From: Eledone cirrhosa
Taxonomy: Eukaryota
NCBI GenBank assembly: GCA_964016885.1
Contig: OZ024742.1
Span: 73,656,001-73,720,000 of the forward strand
Direction of reading: 5' to 3'
Length of the DNA: 64,000 nucleotides
The notes below the pieces were generated by a model. The model worked only from the letters and a program-made list of their open reading frames with translations. It ran no database searches and was not told the DNA's origin. A program made the position numbers and the translations under genes. This document shows positions 1 to 14,000 of this stretch, piece after piece; position 1 is the first letter of the stretch, and every line of letters begins with the position of its first letter.

Positions 1-3000
1 ATATATTAAGCTATTTCACACACACACACACCAGACATCATATTGTGTTCTTGAACAAGACACTTCATTTGCTTTTCATTTTAAAACAATCCAGAAAAGC
101 ATCCTATGAGATGCAGCCTCACCTGCATAAAGATGTAAAAGGATAATGATGATTGATGTGTGTGTATATACATACACATATATATATATGATCTAACATA
201 TACATGTGCGTGTGTGAAGGAGAGAGAGAGAGATGTAGTTTGCAAGAGAGAACACCATGTTGGTTTGAACATGATACATGTGGATGATGACAGTAGGGTA
301 GAAATGTGCTAAGAGATCCACAAAGAAGGCAGCTACAGAAGAGGGAAATAAAGTCTTGGCAGATGTCGCAAAAGCTAATTTCAGTAGGCTGTACCTCACA
401 CAAGTGCTGAGACTCTATTGTAAAGGATTCATACAATTCTTGCAAGAATAGAAAAACAGATGTAAAAATGTTGTGTGTATGTGCATGTGTGTGCAGATGC
501 ATGTGTGTATGTACGTATAGATATATTTATATGTATGTTTGTCTCTCTCTATATATATGTATATAAATGACCAATGTGAGTTATAAATTTGATTGTGAAA
601 GTGAAAGGTCTACACTTCATAACTCCAGCTATCTCAGTGGTCTTAAATGTGCAACACTCTTGTATGCTAACCTGGCACTTTCATCAAGGGGGAATTGCAA
701 CAAACTATGCAACAGAACACAACACTGATAGGGAAACATTAGTGAATAACATCTCCACTTTGTAGAATTCTCCGTAAAAATAAAGTATGGAACCATTACT
801 CATAATATAGCACAGGCATACAGCACAAATAAATGTATGTATATGTTTGTGTGTGCATGTTTATTTATATAATCACTGTGTCATCATCATCATCATCATC
901 ATCATTTTATGTCCGCTTTCCATGTTGGCACAGGCTGGACATACACACATATGCAATCGTGTTTGTATGTAAAATGTTTAGAATGTGAGGAAAAAATCAA
1001 TACAAATTTAGAGTTAAATATCTATAAAGAAATACAAAATATTGATTATACATTAGTTACTCCAAGTTTCATGGTTTAACGTTTGGTCAATTATATATTG
1101 ATTGGGTCTACCTCATTTAATCATGCTGGATTTTACATGTTTGCACATTGAAAAAATGTGGAAAATAGCTTCCTCTAAGGTATTATGGGAAATTATTTAT
1201 GATAGATGTAAATCTTAGACAAAAAAAAAAAAAATTAATAATAATCTATCTCCCTTTGAATGTCAGAGTGGGTTAAGAATAAAAAGTGATGGAATGAAAT
1301 AGAGTATAATGGTTGTAAAAACAAAAATTAGAGAAAGGAAGTTAGATAAAAAGTAATATAAATTTTAATTTATGGGTGTTAAAGGTGAAATACAATCACT
1401 TGATAAAAGTTAATGTTGTAGCACACACACGTGTGTGTGTGTGCATATATATGCACATGTTAATTAATAAATAGATGCAGATAGGGTAAAGAACGTGCCA
1501 TACAATATGATCTGGTAGTGTCTGTTAGTACTTTTATCTAGTCTGTGAATGGTGTAAGGTCTAATTACATAACTAGTAATTGTAAACATATCTAGAATAT
1601 TAAAGAAAATTCGAGACCTAGCATTTAAATACTTGGTTAGAATTATGTAGGTTTTAAAGGATGTTGTAAGATCTCAATCTTTCAATGTAATAAAAATGAA
1701 ATGATTCTGATTACAACACCAGATGGAAGTTCTCTGAATAATAAAGAAATTACAAGAATGGAAATAATTGATGTGATCTTCGCACAGCTGAAAAAAGGCC
1801 TCATCCATCATATTTCTAACTATTGTTAGATTTGAGGTTTTTCCAAAATTAGACACTTTGGAAAGTATTCATAATGGAATTGGACCTTACAGCAATACTG
1901 TCAGACTAAAGTGACACACTAACACCTCTATCTATCCACAGTATAGCACAGTTTCTTCTTTCTACATCCTAGTAACATGTATACTCAGCAGGTATATATA
2001 CATGTGTGTGCTTCTACATGAACTAATTATATTTCACCTTTAGCACTAGAACATTTCTGTTCTATATTACTTTTTCTGCCCTTCACTTCTAGCTTGCTTT
2101 TTCATCTTACATTACATCTAATTCTATTTCTTTTTACCATTATTTTAATTCTCTTACCACCAATAGCATCCAATTTTTGTCTATTTAAGATTTATGCTCT
2201 ATGTCACAGTCTTTTGTGTTTGATGTGTTTACTTAGACATGAAACTTAAAATACACACAACAACAATATAACTAAGTAAATATACAGATAAATTCATATA
2301 CATGAAACAAATGTGTGAATGAGAATAACTCTTAGATGTCATCCTTCTCTGCTTGTCCTGCTACCTGCTTAATGTTTCTATCTTTCTCTCTATATCTCAC
2401 TTTCTCATTATAATGAAATAGGCTATTAGTTTATTTCTCATATGTTGTCAATGGTATCGACTGACCATAGCATGCCGTTTCCCCTTGTTACCTGTATTTC
2501 TGTTAAATTTTTTAAAACTGCGAATGCTGTTAAATACTTATTTCTTAATAAAATAAATCTTCAATGACCTCCAGTTTTATTTAACCAGCTAGCTAATTCC
2601 CCAGTAAAATATCTTCCACCCTGTAACTTTATTTCAAACATCTTTGTATTGTATTAGGTTAATTAGCATTATTTAACTTCACACACTGATTCTAAAATTA
2701 TATTTAAATAAATATAACTTGTGTGAAACAAAACATTGTTTTGTAATAGCTATGCATCTATAGATTAAAGCTATAATACCTTTATGTAATTATATGCCCA
2801 AGGAGTAACACTACACACCGTCTTAATATATTTATATATAAGCTATATCCTCTCTCTCTATATATATACACATATTAACACAGCTATACTATCTCTCTAC
2901 ACTTTGCCCCTTACCCTAACATTATACAGTCTTGGTTTTTTTTCTAAGGTTTTATTTCTGTATTTTAAATATATAAAACTGAATTACAAATATTTTAAAG

Positions 3001-3146
3001 CCATTTTCCCTGCTAAAGCAAGGGTCAGACATATTGATCATAGAATCTTTTTTGAGGCAATGGTTTACAACCAGAGGCTGTTTCTGGTGCCAACCTTTTT
3101 AGGCATCTCTTCTGACACATGAGGTCATGATAATGATAATGCAGGT

Positions 3147-3177
<31 letters not shown>

Positions 3178-4414
3178 TCAGTAAATAAGATAGCATTTAT
3201 AGGATTCTTAAAAAGAAATACTGAAGTATGTTATAGGTATTTATGTTTGGATAACATTTCCTTGGGAAGTCAGTATATATTAAGTGTAAGAACTGTCAGT
3301 TAAGCACACAATTGGTTGAAATGCACCCTTTACAGGCAATAATATCACAAATATGACAAAAAAAACTGAGCAACAACAAAACTTAATAGTTTAAAAGAAA
3401 CCTTGGGCATCAGATGATAGTGAAAGTTAGATAGTTTTTTTTTTTTTTGTTTCTGATTCACTAAACATGAACTCAAGTAAAAATAGTTTGTCACTTGTTC
3501 TACAATTTAACAATTATCATTATTACCATATCTATATCTTTGGATCTCAAGGAGACATGGGCTATGCTCCTCCCCAAAACAAATCATATCATTATCATCA
3601 GTTTTACACCCATTTTTCCATGCTGGCTTGGACAGGTTGAGCCTTTTCGAAGCAGAATTCTTTTCCTGGCAACAACTGTCACTTATTTTTACATGTCTAT
3701 TGACTGAGCAGTGGGAACTTGAAGATAAGAGAGATGGCAAAAATAACATGCACATGTATACAATGGGCACTGAACAGTTTCTGTTTTTTTAAATGCAGTC
3801 AGAAGGCATTGGTCAACCTAGGGCTCTTGTAGAAAACATTTGTCTAGAACCCATAAGCACAAACTGTCAGGCATTTTCGTCTCTTCTTTTAGTTGACATT
3901 TAATTAGTGCATTATTTCTCTCCCCACTCTTGTATCTATATCTCACAATTCTAATTTAGCCAACTTACTAATTGAATCTGTTTTGCTAATGAGATTTTGC
4001 TTTCACCAAATTGACATGTAGTTATGGTTCACTCCGATTGCACTATCTTAAAAGAAGACTTGTACAGCCCCGAGTTATAAAGGTTCTCTCCCTTGTTTCC
4101 TTCTCCTTACCTGAACAGTTATAAACTGAGTTTTGGTCTTGAAATAGCGGCAATAGTTTCATTAGATTTAATATTTTTCCCACCCACCTTATTTAGACTA
4201 TGTGACTGAATAAGACCCGTCCCACTCTTGCAAGCAGGGAAAAGTATGTCTGATGGTGATTGTGATTCCAGGATCAGATTTATCTTGGACAGTGAAGAAC
4301 TGCCTGATCCTGTAATTTTAGAGCAGAATAACAAGCATCACACTCAACCATAATAAAACTGTTAATCACTACTATGGTATTCTCGTGGCCATCAATTCTA
4401 AATGTGTGTATTGT

Positions 4415-4664
4415 AGGCTCCCTTCAGTCACGACTATTGGTTTACACCTTGAAAGTTCTGAGGCACAAGCCCACGCAAGTTGTTTTGTGGAAGACCAGTA
4501 GTCACCCATGCATACATGTCTCCTTACTTTCCGTCAGTGGTGTTGGGAAAGGCAAAGGTTGATACAGCTTAGTATCAGTGACATCATACCTCATATATAA
4601 ACTATATATATATATATATACACACACATACATACATACATACATACATACATACATACATACA

Positions 4665-4695
<31 letters not shown>

Positions 4696-4948
4696 CAACT
4701 ATATATGATGTTGTCAAAGGGAAAGGCAGAGACCAATACAGCTTGGCACCAGTGACATTGTAACTTGATTTTTCCAGCTGGAGTAGTGTGAAATAAAGTG
4801 TCTTGGTCAAAGACACTCTTTTTTTTGCTAAACTCTGCCAGTTGCAGACTGCTCATCAACATGAGATATTTTTCTCCATAAGGTTCAGTCAAAGACACAA
4901 CACACCACAATTGTGTGCCCAACTCTCTAACCACTAAGCCACATACCA
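4415..4948 (-). mobile_element. Antisense CORE-like SINE copies of the 51.6-kb family, interrupted by (CATA)n
   Basis: gaaaggcaaaggttgatacagctt (twice), gtgaaataaagtgtcttggtcaaagacac, ctctaaccactaagccac (reverse A-box). Confidence 0.75.
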
Positions 4949-4950
4949 TC

Positions 4951-4987
<37 letters not shown>

Positions 4988-7900
4988 TGCATTCAGCCAT
5001 TAGACTGGAGCCATGCTGAAACACTGTTTTCAAACACACACATCGACTGCTGGTCTTGCACAAAACCACCTTGTCCAGGCATATGCCTCGGAGAGGAACT
5101 ATCTATATGCAAACCTATGGTCAGCCATGACTGATGGAGGCCTATGATATAATAGAGAGATCAGACCCCCCTTTCTACATGTATCTATTAATGCTAGGTC
5201 CTTATTGAATTCATACACAAGGTATCTAATATTTTAGTGTAGTTAGATGACTGGCTTTAATATCTCATAACCCAGACACAGGCCCCTCTTTTAGGTCTAG
5301 ATGAAATATTATTATCACCTTAATGTCTATACCCTTTATTTGGTCTGTTAATGAGAGGTGAAAAGTGTTATATTTTTCTCACCAATCTGCCCCCCCCCCC
5401 CTCTCTGTTCCTACACCTCCAGTGCACATTCTTCACTCCAAACCTTTTTCTTGCACGGTGGTATTGTAATTTAGAAACAAATGGGACCAGATGATCAGAG
5501 CTATGTATGTTACAGTCCACTTACAGTAAATATACTGTTGTCATTAGCTAGCTGTAAGTCTGTCTCTGGTGGAAATGGAATTTACAACCCTCAGTCCTTG
5601 TATTGCACACACTTCACTGTTTGACACCTCACTACGTCTAGATAAATTTTACAGCGATTCTGATCACTAAATTATTCTATTAATTACTCAATGGTAGCAC
5701 AATTATTTGCCGTCGTCTGGTAATTAAAGCACTGTTCTTATCAATATTTTGTTACTTTGAAGCCAAACAATTGCAGATAGATTCCAACATCATTTAACCT
5801 AATCAATTCTTTAAAAGTTACTTAATTTTGATATCTACTCCATCGTATATTTGTCATATTAAAGTTAATTTTTATTTTATGTCAAATCAAAATTTCTAAA
5901 TGAAACCTTACCGTACCATTATTGATGTACCCTTCCAATTTCTTCTGCTTCTTGCTATTTCTGTTGTTTCATTAATACAAATAATATAGCAGTAAAATTA
6001 TCTCTTACATCAAGCTATTTACATAAATTCATCATCAACCAACAATACTGAATTGATTGTATTGATGATAATCAAGTTTAGAATATCACTTAATTGCTAG
6101 TTTCTCTCTTTTCTGTTATCACAATAAACTTTGAAAACCATAATAGTTGAGAATTGCACTTGTTAAAAAGTTATTCTATTGTAATCAAGTTAATGCTGCT
6201 CTGTTAAAACACAAAATATGACTTGAGGACATCCAATAGAAATGGATTATGTGATAAGTTCTATTGGATTGGTTTAAAGTATCAAGTTAGAAGTTCTACA
6301 TTTACTTTGTTTCACCTATAATCTGTAGAGTTCCACGTAGAACATATTTACAAAATTATCAAAAGAAATCACAGTATCTTGCAAATTCTGTGGTCCTAAC
6401 AAACCAAATAGTGAATACATTATTCCTAACATATTTATTAATAAGCCACATAAACAGAAACATAGCCTTACTACCATTACTCATATATATTAGATGGGAC
6501 TCTACCTAACTCTTTTATTTTGTGTTCTGAGAAAGATAGGAGCTAGGATTAAAAGAATATCTATTGTTGAAGATAAGTAGCTGGCTCGTTGATCAGTTAT
6601 TTCCTTTGACTATGTTAATCTACCTAGGAGACACTTGCCAGTACCCTAAACATTATGGCTGGAAGGCCAGGTAGATGCCATTAACATAATTATCACATGT
6701 GTGTTTGTGTGTGTGTTGTGTTGTATTGTTATATCTAAAAAGTCCAATAAATATGTATGTGAAGTCTCTAGTTTCTAAACTGTCTAATTCAGTATGGTTG
6801 AGATGTAACACAAATCTACTTTAACACAATAGTTTCCACAGTATTCTTTTGTTTTATTTTACTTTTAATTTGCCCCATCTGTACATACAGATGAAGTTTG
6901 GTAAGTGATGTTGGAATGTTCTCTGCATGATTACTGAAAAAAACTACACGCTTGGTTCTTACAACTGTCAATGTAAATTGAGAGATATTTATTTTTCTTT
7001 CTTTTTTTTTGTTTTTGTTTTATTCCGCTGCCTTGAGTTAAAAACACCAGTTCACCATGTTTATTAAAGTTTGTTTTTAATTAATTAAAAAAAAAACCAA
7101 AACAATTCTCTCAAATGAATTACAATGGTCCTTCTGATTTTGTATAATTTCAATTCGATATTAGAATTTATTACATTAATGCAAGATATTCATAGTTTCT
7201 AAAATCTTGGCAGTGCTCCAGCATGGCCAAAAACTGAATGGTTTTAAAGCTACTGAACACTTGAGTTGACACATTTCTCAAGTGTAACGTTGTGTTGAAT
7301 GCTTTAGCCAGTAGCATGTCTGCTTAACTTTCAAATACATTTATGTTTCTTCATTAATTGATCTTGTTTATGAAAGTAATTTCTCTCATTGGAAGAAGAC
7401 TTAACGAGAATTTTAAAACAGGTTATCTTGCTATTTAAATTAGTTGAATTATAGGAGTAATGTGGGAAAGTTGAGAAATTCCTCTGCATACATTGAAGCC
7501 CTCAAATTATTCCACTTGTTGTTAATCTTATTTAATATAACATGAACAGTATTATTACTATTTTAATATTTTGTCTGAGCCATTTCTTCCTCTACAGCTT
7601 TTCTAGCCAAAGTTTTGGCATTAAAACATAGTGGAAAAGTCTGAATTGATTTACACAATTGTATCATAGTATTGTCATTTAAAACTAACTGCATTAATTA
7701 GAGAAGAAACAAACATCAGTAAATATGAAGACTGACCTTAGTGTGGAAACTAGATAAATCTTAACATTATATAACAATTATTGGTGACTATGGTGAATAT
7801 ATTAGGATTATTGTTAGACCTAGACATATATGTTTTACAAATTAGTAAAAACTGTTTACTATTATCAATAGTAACCAATTGATCTGATGTTTATAAGTTA

Positions 7901-8027
7901 CAGCTTGAGGCTTTCATTAAAACTAAAATATATATTTCTATTTATAGTCAATCTTTTAATGTTCCTCGGTCTATATAAATATTTCAAAAGCTCAATAAAC
8001 ATTAATGAATTTGTCTTTTGTTTTCAG

Positions 8028-8105
8028 CCCTTCATGTCGCCCAGATTTCCAGGTGGGCCACGTGCTCCTGGACCAGTTCGGATGCCAAATCAAGTAGATT
8101 TTAAT
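8028..8105 (+). CDS. SSBP3: Ssdp exon: PFMSPRFPGGPRAPGPVRMPNQVDFN (phase 0/0)
   Basis: ttttgttttcag acceptor, gtaagt donor, PFMSPR motif of the SSBP family. Confidence 0.95.
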
Positions 8106-11011
8106 GTAAGTTTTGTTTATGCCCATATCCTCTTTTGTGTTTGTCATTTTATGTTAGTATATATTCCCGAATCTGTTGGAATATTGCTATTTTGCCTGTG
8201 TTATTTCATGGGGTTCTCATCAACATAGTAGCATTCATCATTTTTTAAAACATTTATTCTATTGTTCTAGAAGTTGTTTTATAATCTATTCAATAATTTT
8301 TATTATTTATTATCTCAGATTGTACAAAACTTGGGGTTCTAACTATGAAAGCCTGTATGATATCTCATTATCATATATTACTGTATATATCTCCTACAGC
8401 AGCTATGTATGATATATATGAGGCATGATGATTTATGGTATATGTGATGTATCATACAGTGATGTATAATAAATATATAATATTCAGTGATATAGAAACA
8501 TATTGATATATTACTATACAATGTACCATATGCTATGGCTCATTTGTTGACTTTCAGTTTAGAATGTAAGATATGGTTTCTATTTTAATGACAGCAAGGT
8601 GTTTGTTTTGGGAGATTTGGTTGCCATTATTACCTCTTAAGGGCGGTGGTTTGGCAGTATCGGTAGAGCGTCAGACACCATGTTTTGCAGCATAGTTATG
8701 GCCCTTTGCGTTCTGAGTTCAAATCCGCCGAGGTTAACTTTGCCTTTCATCCTTACGAGGTCGATAAAATAAAAAAAAATAAAGTACCAGTGGTGCACTG
8801 GGGTAATCGCTGGCCTTGTGCCAAAAGTAGAAACTCTTCCCTTTCATCCTTACGGGGTCGATAAAATAACCAGTAATGCACTGGGTAATTGCTGGCGTTG
8901 TGCCAAACGTAGAAACAATTATTAATTACCTCTTAACATCCTGTACTGATTTAGAACATATTTTTAAATGGGTAATTAATTCAAATGTTTATAGTGTCTT
9001 TACTTGTGGACAGATTGTTGTTAAAATTTGCAGTATTTTAATAAGCTGCAATCATATTGTTGTTTTATACTTTTCAAGAATGTTTTGACAATGTGGTTTC
9101 ATGTGATATGGGACATTAAGAGTTAAGGAAGTCAATGCTTTTATTGATCCTGTTTTAAAAGATATTAAGTTATTCAATGAGATTTAACTACAAAATTAGG
9201 GAGATCTGGCTGCTACATTAAATGCAAAGTGAAGTAAATACACAGAAACTGGTGTACCTGAATGTTGAACATAAATTATTTTTTAAACATGGTATTGTAG
9301 ACACTGGTAAGCTTTTTCGCACCTGGATTTGTGAACCTAAACTATTTAGTGTAAAACTGGCCAACTAAATCTGTTGTATCTATGTGTATAGTCTATCTCA
9401 TGTTATAGATAGTGAACAATTTAACCCTTTCATTACCATATTTCTAATGAAATACACTGTTTGAATTAATTAATGATGAATTTGGAAGGATTTACTGAAA
9501 TTATAATTTTCTTCATTAAACCTGTTAGCATTTACATAACTCTATATTTACTATTGTATTTTCATGGTGAAACACTTTATCTCACATAAGTATCCCACAT
9601 AATATCGAATCTATGAGATTTTGATATTATTTATTTTGAGAACAATACCTTAACATAAGTATGAGCAGCTGGTTACGGCAGGTTTGAACAGAAAGAGGTT
9701 AGAGAATTATGGCCGGTTTAACTTAAAGAGTTAAGATGGTATTTGTAACATAGCATACCAAAAAGTAAAATATATTGGCAGGTTTTAATTTGAATACAGA
9801 ATACTTCAAAATAGGTGGTTTTGTTTCATAGAACCAGAGGTAGTTTGGTAACAAAAGGGTTAACATTCTCATTCTTTTAGTTTAATAATTCAAGTATAAT
9901 ATGTTAGATAATTTATAGTTCTGTGGTTGTTTTTCTCTGGTACCAAAACCACTTCCCTATATAATCTCTCAATTCAAACTTACTATTTTTGCTGTCACAG
10001 TCTATTTGTCCATACCAGAATGGGCTTGACCCCTTGTAAATCTAGTCATTGTCAAAAGGTCCAATATATCTGAAAATTGTTTGACAGTCACCATTTGTTT
10101 CAAAAATTAGGGTAGAAGAGGCCTATATTCTGTTGATATTTATTGTATATTATATATCTTAAATATATTAAATGTATAAATATATACATAGTTGTTAATG
10201 TTAATTTAACAATATATTAGCCCAGTAATAATTTTGTAATATTAAATTTGAGTTTATATCAATGTTTTATTTATATTTAATTATTTTCAGTCAAAAATAA
10301 AACAAACTTATAAATATATTACTTAGTTGAATTAGTAATTAATTGTTAGATTTATTAGAATATGTTTTTCTGACTGTTCTCTTATATAATATAATATAAT
10401 ATAAATAATCTTGTTTGTGTTTATGATTGTAGCCTCCAGGGGGAGCTGCTGGGCAGATGTCAATGCCAAACAGTATGGATCCAAGGCCAGGTAGGCTCCC
10501 ACTCACTTAATTATCAAATATACATCTCTATGTTGTTGTTTAGATCAGCCAGTGCTCTTCAAACTGATAAATGGAAAGACAAAATCGAGTTATAAATTAT
10601 AATATTATAACAGAATTATGGTTATTGAAAAACATCTTTATTATATTTAACACTGCAATTTATTCACTCATGTTTCAATCCACACAGACATGCTCCCCTC
10701 AGAAACATAGGGGTGGTCAATTTGGGGTTCATGAAACAAAAAAGGGTTTCCTAGAGTTTTGTCAGTAAAGTTTGATAGCTCCTTTTGGCATTCTTAATGA
10801 TATTCTAAAGGTTGAGTTTAATATATTATTCATGTAGGAAATAGTATATTTCTTATATAAAGGAAATAAGTATCTCAGTAATATTTAGAGTTTGTATCAT
10901 GAAAAATGTTGGAGACCACAGATTTAGATGATCTACAGATATCAACTATAATAATATGTTATGTGTGTTGGTATATTTAATCTTCCATGCTAGCGTGAAG
11001 ATGGACATTAA

Positions 11012-11058
<47 letters not shown>

Positions 11059-14000
11059 GATGATACCTCCATCTGTAACTCTTCAAAATTTATACACACA
11101 ATGTATTCTCTATCTTAGCCATGTTGCTACCATAAACAAAGTTTGCTTTTCAACCACAAGGTCCTGGTTTCTAACTCTATATTTGTTCCGGTAAATAGTT
11201 ATTTCTCCAAAGTTACACATACATTAAATCCTGTATGTCATTTGGACATATACACTGAATCATTATGTAAATAAATCCTAGAAACAAATTATTAAAATCT
11301 CATACTTATCTCATCTGTAATGACTTCCACATGTCAAGCAAACATCTCAGTTAGTATGATTGTTCTTATATCTGTTATTCCTGGTATATATGACATGCCA
11401 ATCCTAGTATATAATGACATGCCAATCCTGGTATATGTGACAGGCCAATCCTAGTATATATGACAGGCCAATCCTGGTATATATGACATGCCAATCCTAG
11501 TATATAATGACATGCCAATCCTAGTATATATGGCATGCCAATCCTGGTATATATGACATACCAATCCTGGTATATGTGACAGGCTAATCCTGGTATATGT
11601 GACATGCCAATCCTGGTATATGTGACATGCCAATCCTGGTATATAATGACATGCCAAATCTGGTATATATGACAGGCCAATCGTGGACTCCAGAATGAAA
11701 TATGTTCAATAGTCATTATTGATAGCATTGGTCCAATTAATATGAAATATAATTGCTATACACATGTTGACAGCTAGTTGTGTTGTAGTTCTGATTACTT
11801 GTCTGTCAATTGAATGGCTAAACAAAATCATATTTCGGTACTTACTCTAGAAATATTATTTGCTGGGTTTTGTTTTTGTTGTTGTTGTTGTTGTTTTTAA
11901 TTCTAAATTGAGAAAACCCCTATCTTCCTTCATGATAGTCTGGGAATAGTAATAACCTCAACATGGTGTCCTCTTCAATGCTGTCACAAACATAATTTGT
12001 TCCATGATATTACACAAATGAGTGATATAGCATAAATAATGTATTCACCTCAACAGAGGTGCTAGTTATTGATATTAACTAAAATATTGAATTAGCATGA
12101 AGAACAGATTTGTTTAAAGGTACAGTTGTTGAAACTTTAATGTTTGTTGGTAGAAAGGAATTTGTACTAATATCATTATCTACTAAACATCTTTTACCCA
12201 GAGGAGCTATAGTATTAAATACAACTCAGTCAATATAATGTTAAACTATGCCACCTACAATAGTCTTTATCACAATTATTCACAATGACTTTATTATCAC
12301 TATCACTACTATAAATTAATTCATTATTTTCCCTTCACTTTCCAACAGGTCATCCTGGAATTGGTCCAATGCAGCGAATGAACCATCCTGGTAGAATGCA
12401 GGGCCCAATAAACCCAGTTAGTAACATTTAAAGCTCCTTGTTTTTCATGATTTTCAATTACTGGTACTTTATTTCTCTTTGCTAATATCACTGACCATAG
12501 CTGTCTGGCATTACCACATTCCACTACTTTAGAATAAACTTTAATTGTTTTCGAAAATAAATATTCCAGTTGTTTTATCATTAATGGATAAGTGGCTGAG
12601 CATTCCACAAACGTGTGTCTCCTTAATGAAATTCTCAGAGAGATTGAACTTGATGCAATATGCGATAAGACTGGGCCTTTGAATTACAGGTACCAGTCCA
12701 TTCAACAAAATTCCAAGCAGTTTCTGCCTACCAAACTTCACTCACAAAACATGGGTTGACCTGAGATTATGGTAAATGACATTTGCCCAATATGCCCCAC
12801 AGTGTGATCAAATTCAAGACCCAATGAATGCTGTGTCCACATCACTGCTTTAGCCAGACAAAATTATAACAGATATATATATATATATATATATATATAG
12901 AGTAGCAATAAAATATATTCTGAAGTAAATTTTATATATAGCATTATTCACCAACCACTTTACAGAGTGTACTGAGCACATTTTATTGTAGCACTAGCAC
13001 TAGTGAGGTTACCAATGAAGGACTGAGTGTGGTAGTTGGTATAGGAACTAGACACACTAAAGGTGATAAATGATTATATCCCACAAGGCTAAAGAATCCT
13101 CACTGCTCGATTATTGTTTATTATGGGTAAAGTTAGGAAGGGCATCCAACCAGTGTATCAATGCCAAAACGATTATAAGCACAGCAACAAGTATATAGGA
13201 ACAACAAAAATATGAAGACGTCGCAGCTCAGAGTTGCAACACTTAATGTTGGCACTCTCACAGGTTGATCTGCTGAAGAGAAGGCATGTGGATGTGTGCA
13301 AGAGGTGAGATGGAGATGTGCCTCTGCGAGACTAGTCGCAGGCAAACATCTTAGCTGTAAGCTTTTCTGAGTAGGTAAGGATGATGGATTAGGGGGAGTA
13401 GGCATTTTCCTGGCTGAGAGATGGATCAATAAGACAATAGAGGTAGTTTGAGTTAGTAATCGAATAATTAAGCTTAGATTAGTTGTAGGCAGGAGACTAC
13501 TGAAAATCATCTCTGCCTATGCTCCCCAAGCAGGCCTAGGCAAAGAAGAGAAAGACTGCTTTTACAAACAACCGCAATGACAGAGGACGGAGACATTGTT
13601 ATGCTAGTAGGAGACTTCAATGGTCATGTTGGACAGCTTCAGGATGGTTACACTGGGGTACATGGTGGGCACGGTTACGGCTCAAGAATTGAAGAAGGAG
13701 TGAGACTTCTTGAATTTTGTGATGCAAGTACACTGACTATTTGCAACACTAACTTCCAGAAACTTGCCAACTACCTAATAACCTACAAATAAGCCAGATT
13801 GACTTCTTGCTAGTTAGGCAGCGGGACAGACAGATGGTGTCAAATACCAAGGAATATCCCGGGGAAGAATGTACCCCACAGCATAGGTTAGTCGTTAGTG
13901 ATATCGCAGTAAGCAAGAGATGGAATGAGACATACAGGAAAGCGTGGAGAAGAAAGGTCTGGAAGCTAAAACACCTTTCACTAAAATACAAATTTAGGAA

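Noticed and set aside
1-8027. Search for the N-terminal LUFS/LisH exons of Ssdp
   Set aside because: No recognisable LUFS/LisH-coding exon found; this stretch appears intronic and the 5' exons lie upstream of the window
11012-11194. Poly-Met ORF
   Set aside because: It is the (ATG)n tail of an RTE-type SINE/LINE 3' end
11380-11683. Regular 23-bp repeats resembling a CRISPR array or a repeat protein (GLACHIY)
   Set aside because: No unique spacers, no cas genes, eukaryotic intron; it is a plain minisatellite
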